Positions 35,623-44,351 of a stretch of 44,351 nucleotides of DNA are shown here, one piece after another. Positions within the stretch are counted from its first letter, which is position 1. Every line of letters starts with the position of its first letter. Under the pieces are notes generated by a model. It was not told where the DNA came from, ran no database searches, and saw only the letters and a list, made by a program, of their open reading frames with translations. Source of the DNA: Chiloscyllium plagiosum (Eukaryota); assembly GCF_004010195.1 (NCBI RefSeq), contig NC_057718.1, positions 56,867,166 through 56,911,516 of the forward strand, read 5' to 3'. A program made the translations under genes and the position numbers.

Positions 35623-36761
35623 CTACAAACAATAATGAATAGATGCATTTAATTTTATTGCACTAAATACACAGTCCAAATCAAGTTCATTTCATTTTTC
35701 CTGGTATCAAAATGTCAAGAAAAGTTAGGTAAGCCGCATTTTCAGTTGATGTTTAAAACACCTTTACAATTGAAAAATATTTCTAGAGATCAATGATACA
35801 CCATGTCACAAATGTGTAGTTAAAAATCACACATTTTGTTAGAAACTGTAATCTACTTTTAAAAATGAACACAAAGCAAGCTAACATGGCTCCCAAGTCA
35901 CCTGATTATCTTTCAGACTGAACTGCAATTGGAACCAGACCGTACGATCTCAAGAATAATCACAAAAGATGCTTGAAATTATTTAAATGCTTCCAAGAAT
36001 AAATGGAACTCATTGACATTGGTCTCTTTGGAGGAGAGTTGCATTTCCTATCCCAATATAATCTGAAAGAATGACAGCCATTCAGGTGTATGATTTAGAC
36101 AACTAAAAAGTCAATGACCTTGGCTAAAAGACAATGAATGGGAGTATGCTCTGGACCTGAACTAACACAATACACAACGTGAAAGCATAATTCAACAGAA
36201 TGAAATAGCAACTTTCAAAGTTTTTAAACTGTGTAAACATCAGGCTGGACACTACCATTTCATCTAAATTCTCAAAGAAATTCAAGACCATAGCTCCAAC
36301 CAACACTCTTCTCTGAACTGTGAGCAACATATGAGATTGGATTTTCACTCTAAAATCAGGGGTTACAGAGAAAGGATACAAGAAATCTTCTCTGTTCTAT
36401 TGAAAAGGAATCCAGGCATTACCAACCGTCATTCCAGCAGAACCAGTAAGAAAAAGGGGCATTCATTCATTTTCTGGGGTTGCTGTACCTATGGAGTCAA
36501 TATACAAAGGGCAAAGTCTGACTCTTCAATTATAAGGCTGAATTTCACCAGAAATCAATGCTAGTGCCATTTTTGGAGAGATCCACGAAGGGCTTTTCTC
36601 TGGTGAGTTTTCTCACACTATCTTCCCAAATTTGCCTTATTACCTATACTTCACACCCCTACAGCAACCTGCTTATTGTATACGTTCAGGTGCTATGGCA
36701 TCACTAAAGGCCAGCCATGGACCCAGTCAAGCACGAGCGGTCTGCAGCTGCTTTGTATTTA

Positions 36762-37750
36762 AACACAGAAATATAGGAGCAGAAGTAGGCCATTCAGCCC
36801 TTAGGTCTACGCCACCATTCAATATGATGATATCTGATCATCCAACTCCTGATAGATGCTTCTTTCGCCCCATATCCTTTGGCCTCTTTAGTCCTAAGGA
36901 AGACACCCACATCTTTCTTGAAAGTCTTAAAATATTTTGGTCTCAATAGTTTCCTGTGGCAGAGAATTCCACAGGCTCATCATTCTCTGATGAAAAAGTT
37001 CTCATTTCTGTCCTAAAAGACCTATCCCTTACTCTTAAACTGTGACCCCAGATATGGACTCTATGGTAATCGAGTACTTCATTCTTGCTTCTACCTGGTC
37101 TAATTCTGTTTTAAACTTATACATACCTATTAAATTCTATGAAATCTCTCCTCATTCTGTGAATATTGTCCGAACTGATTCAGTCTCTACTGTACTTCAG
37201 TTCCACCATCTCAGAAATCAGTCTGGTAAACCTTCCATATTCTCCCTTAATAGCCAGTACATCCTTTGAGAGGAGACAAGAACTGCATACAATACTCCAG
37301 GAGTGGTCTATAGTTGCAGCACGACATCCCTGCTCCTGCACGTGAAGCCACTTGCCATGAAAACTTATGCACCATAGGCCTTCTTTACCGCCTGTTGCGC
37401 CAACATGCTTACTTTCAGTGACTGGTGTACAAGAACACCAAGATTTCATTGTACCTTCATCTTTCCCAATCTATCCCTCTTCAGGAAATAGTCTGCCCAC
37501 CTGTTTTAGCTACCAAAATGGGTAACCTCACATTTATTCACATTAATTTTGTATTTGCTATGTTCGTACCTATTTACTTTTGTCCAAACCACACAAACAT
37601 CTCTGCATCCTCCTCCTAACACACCATCCCACCTAGCTTTGTGTCATCTGCCAACTTAGAGAAGTTATAATATATTGTTCTTATCTATATCATTAATATA
37701 TAATCAGAATAGCTGGGGTCCAAGCACTGATCCCAACACTACCACAATAG
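36762..37750 (-). mobile_element. Degraded CR1 LINE 3' portion
   Basis: Reverse-complement similarity to 5600-6600 (CTPVTESKH; tail aggagcagaagtaggccattcagccctt). Confidence 0.8.
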
Positions 37751-38076
37751 TCATAGGAAAGTTGGCAAACTAGGAACCTGGAGACAAGGGTCATGTGTAG
37801 TCACTGCCCATGGAGTAAGTCCCAAGATGCAGATGCCTGGTGTCTAAGATAGAAATTAGATGGTGACAATGGGAGTTGCATAACAATATATCTGGATGCA
37901 TGCAATTAGGCCTCTCACTGTTCACTAGTGAGAATCTCATCTCCCAGGTCAATGCATGGTTGGAAGATGCGATTTTTAGCTCTCACATCAGTGACATCAT
38001 CCTCATTGCTGATCTCACTTGACGCCTTTGGCAATGTGATTCAAGGGCTCGGAAGATTCTGATCTCCACTTAGAAC

Positions 38077-38465
38077 AATTCACAAGAATACCAATAAAAG
38101 GATAAACTAACCTTTACACTGTTTGAGTAGAAAGTGCTGATGGGTTATCAAGTGGACTCTGATTGGTAGAGTCATTGGAAGTACAACAGCTAATAATGTT
38201 TCAACTCAACAAAACATGTATCAACCATTTGTTATTTTGTTTCTCAGGGCACTGCCATAATCAACTGGAGTCATGTTGTCTGGTTTGAAATATATAGGTC
38301 TGGCAGTTGACAGCCAAGCATTAACACTTGCATTCTCCATGACAATACTTCTAACAATCAGATCAATCAACATTCCCTCTCCTTCTGTCTAAATGTTAGT
38401 TTTCTCTTACATGGACATTCTTGTGAATTATCCTGAGACGTGCAAGACAAAACACTTCCACAAAT
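38077..38465 (+). mobile_element. Imperfect palindromic repeat ending in a decayed hammerhead-like motif
   Basis: 13-bp perfect inverted repeat at 38077-38089 and 38417-38429, an inner imperfect inverted repeat at ~38157-38171 and ~38348-38362, followed by cCTGAGACGTGCAAGACAAAA. Confidence 0.45.
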
Positions 38466-38679
38466 GAGTGCCTTCTTTCAGCAATATCCAACTTCTATAC
38501 TACTAGGTTACATGCATTTCTGAACTCATATGATTGACACAGGGATGTCTGGAAAAATGTTTGCGTGCATTTGAACAAGGCCTTAAAATTAACAAAGTGA
38601 ATAGTTCAGAGTTTTAACAAAGGATAAAATAGAGGAATAAAATGGGTTACCCCTAACACAGACAAAACAAAAGTCAACT

Positions 38680-39510
38680 CTTGAGTCATACAGCATAGAA
38701 ACAGACCCTTGGGTCCAACCAGACCATGTTGTCCATGTTCCCAAACTAAGCTAGTCCCACCTGCCTGTGTTTGGCCCATATCCCTCAAATCCTTTCCTAT
38801 TCATGTACTTATTCAAGTGTCTCTTAGACATTGTAACTGTACCTACATCCACCGCCTTCTCTGGCAGTTCATTCTACACACAAACCACCCTCTGTATGAA
38901 AAGGTTGTTTCTCACATCCTTTTTAAATCTTCCTCCTCTCAACTTAAAAATATGTCCCATAGTCTTGGACTCCCCACCCGAGGGAAAAGACTATTATCTA
39001 TGCCCCTCAATATTTTATAAATCTCTAAGGTCACCCCCTCAACCTCCTACGATCGAGCCCTGCCTGTAGAGTCTATTCTTATATCTCAAACCCTCCAATC
39101 CCAGAAACATCTTGGTAATCTTTTCTGAGCCCTCGCCAGTTTAATAATATCCTTCCTATAACAGGGCAACCAGTACTCCACACAGTACGCCGGAAGAGGT
39201 CTCTCCAACATCCTGTACAACCTCAACATGATGTTCCAACTCCTGTACTCAAAGATCTAAGCAATGTAGGCAAGCATGGTAAATGCCTTCTTAACCACAT
39301 TATTTGTGACACAAATTTCAAAGAATAACCTGAACCTTTAAGTCTCTCTGCTGTACAACACTACCTTCCCAGTAATTGTATAAGTACTGTCTTTGTTTGC
39401 ATTACCTAACATTTACCCCAATCAAACTCTATCTACCACCCCTCAGCCCATTGATCCAATTGATCAAGATCTCTCTGTAATCTTAGATTACTGTCTTCAC
39501 TGTGAATTCA
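38680..39510 (-). mobile_element. 5'-truncated CR1/HER1-type LINE, more diverged
   Basis: Collinear with 17234-18150 (gagtcatacagcatagaaacagaccctt...). Confidence 0.88.
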
Positions 39511-39894
39511 TGAATTTTTCTAGAGATGAGCATGTTGTTGTGAAGCATATTACACAGATTAAACTTTCAGTAATGGTTTTGACTGCAGTAAAACTTCCAG
39601 GAAATAGAAAAGAGTGTCACCCAGTTTCCACTTTATAAAGTTTCTTTCTCAGCAGCATGGCTATAGTTGGTTTCTTTTGGCAAAACGTCTACATTCAGTT
39701 GATGATATCTTTACTTTTCTGAGGATTCCTTGGGTATTCACAATACAATACAATAAAAGCCTCCCATTTATTTTCCAGCAATTAGGTTAAGCTTTCCACT
39801 TTTATTACAACGGAATCATATTAGCTTCTTTATGTCACTTTTAATATATAGAAATGGAAAATAAAGTGGGTATTAACAATGTAGCAAAGATACA

Positions 39895-40300
39895 GGTAGA
39901 GTGTGTTTCATTAAAAGGTAGAGGAATCAGCAGAACAGTAAAAATAATTCTTCCTAGATTAATGCTGAAGGGAGCCAGACCATTGAGTGTTGGTATTTCA
40001 AAGGGAGAGGTATTTCCTCAATCATCTAATCATGGAAACAAACCAAACCAATACCGAGGGGCACTGGGACAAGCCAATTTCTAACGCTGTGTGAGTGATG
40101 AAATATGTCTTCCAGAGGACCTCATGAAGCAAAGAAATATGAACTGGAGGTAGACAGACATTACAAATTGATCCCATTATATAGAGTTGGATTAAAATGT
40201 ACTTAGTAAATAGAGAAGTTGTACTTTTAGTAGTACAGACTCCCAATACAAGGGATTGATTTTATCTTGGGAAATGATCTGATTTGATCAAAAGCATTGC
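39895..40300 (+). mobile_element. Decayed Gypsy gag-protease-region fragment
   Basis: Frameshifted IPLYRVGLK...VVLLVV...PIQGIDFILGNDL, resembling the protease C-terminal ILGND motif. Confidence 0.5.
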
Positions 40301-40544
40301 TCTCACTGAGGGTGTTACAACCACTAGAAGTAAAAGGAACTGACATTAATAGGATGGAGGACGGGAAAAATTTCTGGCTGTAAGAGCTGCTCCTTTTTTG
40401 AGGTATTTTAGGTGCTGGAGGTGATTTCTTCAAATTCCAGGAGCAGCAATTACTGTTTTGGGACTTTTGGGAAAAAAAAGTCGAAACAACAGCAGTTTTA
40501 AAAGGGAAAGGAACAGACAAAGGAGCACATGGCGAGGTCATTGC

Positions 40545-40546
<2 letters not shown>

Positions 40547-40598
<52 letters not shown>
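40547..40598. repeat. (GA)26 microsatellite
   Basis: Uninterrupted GA run of 52 nt. Confidence 0.97.
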
Positions 40599-40601
<3 letters not shown>

Positions 40602-40852
40602 ATTGAAATTAATCTATTGCTGGATATCGGTGTGCGTCTGGGAAAATTAACAAACAGTGAAATTCACAACTGGTCTTGGAGAAACTGTTGGGCGATGTTC
40701 ACAGCACAGAATCAGATAAGTTAATCATTGTTTTTAAGTGTGGCCGACAGAGAATCTGCAGTAGTGAGTAGAGTGGGTTCTTCCTTGATTATATGTTTTT
40801 GGAGATATGTCTCTTGATTAAACTTCAAATATAAGCCATATCTATTAATTTG

Positions 40853-41175
40853 TGGGCGGCACGGTGGCCCAGTGGTTAGCACTGCTGCCTCACAGCGCCT
40901 GTAGACCCGGGTTCAATTCCCGACTCAGGCGACTGACTGTGTGGAGTTTGCACATTCTCCCAGTGTCTGCGTGGGTTTCCTCCGGGTGCTCCGGTTTCCT
41001 CCCACAGTCCAAAGATGTGCGGGTCAGGTGAATTGGCCATGCTAAATTGCCCGTAGTGTTAGGTTAAAGGGGTGGATGTAGGGGTATGGGTGGGTTGCGC
41101 TTCGGCGGGTCGGTGTGGACTTGTTGGGCCGAAGGGCCTGTTTCCACACTGTAAGTAATCTAATAAAAAAAAAAT
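40853..41175 (+). mobile_element. HE1-type SINE, young, nested upstream of CR1 ORF1
   Basis: About 4 mismatches from the copy at 9846-10165. Tail AATCTAAT(A)n. Confidence 0.92.
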
Positions 41176-44100
41176 CTAACCTGGGGCAGTGTTTGTAGAG
41201 GAATAAGACGGTGTTATTTTCTGGGTCTGTAGATTGTGAAGGAGCAAAAATGGCCTTTAATAGTGTGATATGCACTTCTTGTCAGATGTGGGAGTTTAAA
41301 GAGAGTTTAAGGGTTACTGCAGATTATATCTGCCATAAACGCTGTTGGCTGTGAATCTTATCAGATCGAATGGATCGGTTGGAGAGACAGTTAGAAGCAA
41401 TGAGGAATTTGCAACAGCAATAGTATGTGATGGATGGCAGTTATAGGAAGGGGGGAAAGTCTCATACAGTCAAGATGGGTTAACTCCAGGAAGGGTAAGA
41501 GAGGTAGGCAGCTAGTGCAGGAGTCTTTTGTGGATAAACCCATTTCAAACAAGTATGCTGTTTTGGAAAATGTAGGGGATGATGGATTCTCAGGGGAACG
41601 TAGCACGAACAGCCAAGGTTCTGGTATTGAGACTGGCTGTAATGCAATGAGGGGTACGTTGGGTTCAAAGAGATCAATTGTGTTAGGGGATTCTCTAGTC
41701 CGAGGTACAGACAGACGTTTCGGTGGCCAGCAGTGAAAAAGCAGAATGGTGGGTTGCTTCCCTGGTGCCAGGATCAAAGATGTCTCAGAGAGGGTGCAGA
41801 ATGTTCTCAAGGGTGAGATGGGCCAGCAAGGGGTCATTGTCCACATTAGAACCAACGACATAGGAAGGGAAAAGGTTGAGACTCTGAAGGGAGATTACAG
41901 AGAGTTAGGCAGAGATTTAAAAAGGAGGTCCTCGAGAGTAGTATTACCTGGATTACTCCTGGTGCTGCAAGCTAGTGAGGGGGCAGGAATAGGAGGATAG
42001 AGCAGATGAATGCATGGCTGAGGAGCTGCAGTATGGGCGAAGGATTCACATTTTTGGATCATTAGAATCTTTTTTGGGGTAGAAGTGACCTGTACAAGAA
42101 GGACGGATTGTACCTAAATTGAAAGGGGACTAACATACTGGCAGGGAAATTTGCCAGAGCTGCTCGGGAGGATTTAAACTAGTAAGGTGGTGGGACGGGG
42201 GGGGGTGGGACCCAGGGAGATAGTGAAGAAAGAGATCAATCTAAGACTGGTACAGTTGACAACAGAAGCAAGTCAACCAGCCAGGGCAGGCAGGGACAAC
42301 ACGGACTAATAAATTAAATTGCATTTATTTCAATGCAAGGGGCCTAACAGGGAAGACAGATTAACTCAGGGCATGGTTAGGAACATGGGACTGGGATATC
42401 ATAGCAATTACAGAAACATGGCTCAGGGATGGCCAGGACTGGCAGCTGAATGTTCTAGGATACAAATACTACAAGAAGGATAGAAAGAGAGGCAAGAGAG
42501 GAGGGGGAGTGGCATTTCTGATAAGAGATATCATTACAGCTGTATTGAGGGAGGATATTCCCGGAATTACACCCAGGGAAGTTATTTGGGTGGAACAGAG
42601 ATAAGAAAGGGATGATAACCTTGGGATTGTATTTATAGACCCCCTAATAGTCAGAGGGAAATTGAGAAACAAACTTGTAAGGAGATCTCAGCTGTCTGTA
42701 AGAATGATAGGGTGGTTATGGCAGGGGATTTTAATTTTCCAAACATAGACTGGGACTGCCATAGTGTTAAGGGTTTAGATGGAGGGGAATTTCTTAAGTG
42801 AGTACAAGAAAATTTTCTGATTCAGCACGTGGATGTACCTACTAAAGAAGGTGCAAAACTTGACCTACTCTTGGGAAATAAGGCAGGGCAGGTGACTGAG
42901 ATGTCAGTGGGGGAGCACTTTGGGGCCAGCGACCATAATTCTATTAGTTTTAAAATAGTGATAGAAAAGCATAGACCAGATCTAAAAGTTGAAGTTCTAA
43001 ATTGGAGAAAGGCCAATTTTGACGGTATTAGGCAAGAACTTTCAAAAGTTGATTGGGGGCAGATGTTTGCAGGTAAAGGGACGGCTAGAAAATGGGAAGC
43101 CTTCAGAAATGAGATAACGAGAATCCAGAGAAACTATATTCCTGTTAGGGTGTAAGGAAAGGCTGGTAGATATAGGAAATGCTGGATGACTAAAAAAATT
43201 GAGGGTTTGATTAAGTAAAAACAGGAAGCATATGTCAGGTATAGACAGGAGAGATCGAGTGAATCCTTAGAAGAGTATAAAGGAAGTAGGAGTATACTTA
43301 AGAAGGAAAACAGGAGGGCAAAAAGGGGACATGACATAGCTTTGGCAAATACAATTAGAGAGAATCCAAAGCGTTTTTACAAATACAAAGGACAAAAAGG
43401 TAACTGGAGAGAGAATAGGGCCCCTCAAAGATCAGCAAGGTAGCCTTTGTGTGGGGCCACTGAAATTGGGGGAGATACTAAACGAGTATTTTGCATCAAT
43501 ACTTACTGTGGAAAAGGATATGGAAGATATAGATTGTCGGGAAATAGATGGTGACATCTTGCAAAATGTCCATATTACAGAGGAGGAAGTGCTGGATGTC
43601 TTGAAACGGGTAAAGGTGGATAAATCCCGAGGACCTGATCAGGTGTACCCTAGAGCTCTGTGGGAAGCTAGGGAAGTGATTGCTGGGCCTCTTGATGAGA
43701 TATTTGTATTATCGGTAGTCACAGGTGAGGTGCTGGAAGATTGGAGGTTGGCTAACGTGGTGCCACTGTTTAAAGAAGGGTGGTAAGGACAAGCCGGGGA
43801 ACTATACACCAGTGAGCCTGATGTCGGTAGTGGGCAAGTTGCTAGAGGGAATCCTAAGTAGTTGGAAAGGCAAGGACTGATTGGGGTAGTCAACTTGGCT
43901 TTGTGAGTGGGAAATCATGTCTCACAAACTTGATTGAGTTTTTTGAGGAAGTAACAGAGGATTGATGAGGGCAGAGCGGTAGATGTGATCTATATGGACA
44001 TCAGTAAGGTGTTCGACAAGGTTCCCCATGGGAGACTGATTAGCAAGGTTAGATCTCATGGAATACAGGCAGAATTAGCCATTTGGATACAGAACTGGCT

Positions 44101-44351
44101 CAAAGGTAGAAGACAGAGGGTGGTGGTGGAGGGTTGTTTTTCAGACTGGAGGCCTGTGACCAGTGAAGTGCCACAAGGATTGCTGCTGGGTCCTCTACTT
44201 TTTGTCATTTACATAAATGATTTGGATGTAAGCATAAGAGGTACAATTAGTAAGTTTGCAGATGACACCAAAATTGGAGGTGTAGTGGACAGTGAAGAGG
44301 GTTACCTCAGATTACAACAAGATCTTGACCAGATGGGCCAATGGGCTGAGA

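Larger units (their letters stand above)
40350..44351 (+). mobile_element. Near-full-length CR1/HER1-type LINE running off the window end (inactivated)
   Basis: ORF1 at 41250-42182 has a CxxC zinc finger, coiled coil and SGNH-esterase motifs (IVLGDSLVRG, FPGA, HI.TND). ORF2 from ~42310 has APE (FNARGL, TETW, YRPP, GDFN, SDHN) and RT (GPD, VPQG, FADD) motifs. Several stops and frameshifts. 5' boundary approximate. Confidence 0.92.

Noticed and set aside
36535..38068. Harbinger-derived element split by the CR1 at 36762
   Set aside because: The left end AGGCTGAATTT resembles the reverse complement of the 10450 terminus, but no convincing right TIR or TSD was found.
40458..40724. ORF with an RE-repeat
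   Set aside because: Translation of the (GA)26 microsatellite.
35623..44351. Preceding CCDC88A exon
   Set aside because: No Hook-domain-like exon recognised. The region is explained by repeats.
1..44351. Prokaryotic systems (CRISPR, operons, defence islands)
   Set aside because: Spliceosomal exon structure and vertebrate TE content, with no repeat-spacer arrays.

Overview
Eukaryotic genomic DNA, most likely from a shark (inferred from HE1-type SINEs and HER1/CR1-type LINEs; carpet/bamboo-shark-like is a guess). The window lies inside CCDC88A (Girdin) on the minus strand. Six coding exons (35622-35456, 16340-16259, 15748-15590, 15504-15358, 10849-10705, 5159-4975) have GT-AG boundaries and matching phases. 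They splice into an open 885-nt/295-aa coiled-coil segment, roughly exons 8-13 of the human gene as recalled. The introns are packed with nested transposons: a full-length but frameshifted L1 with a TSD and a 5' YY1-like motif, a second L1 fragment, many CR1/HER1 LINE pieces including a near-full-length copy with a zinc-finger/SGNH-esterase ORF1, two near-identical young HE1 SINEs, solo LTRs, Gypsy, Penelope and Harbinger remnants, and MITEs. The most interesting signal is a set of short Penelope-derived inserts carrying minimal hammerhead-ribozyme cores (CUGANGA-stem II-GAAA-palindromic stem III). Several are hairpin-shaped and flanked by 13-16 bp TSDs, and one intact core lies in the sense orientation of the CCDC88A pre-mRNA. 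Almost all ORFs in the supplied track are TE fragments or noise. No searches were run; family names come from motif recognition.
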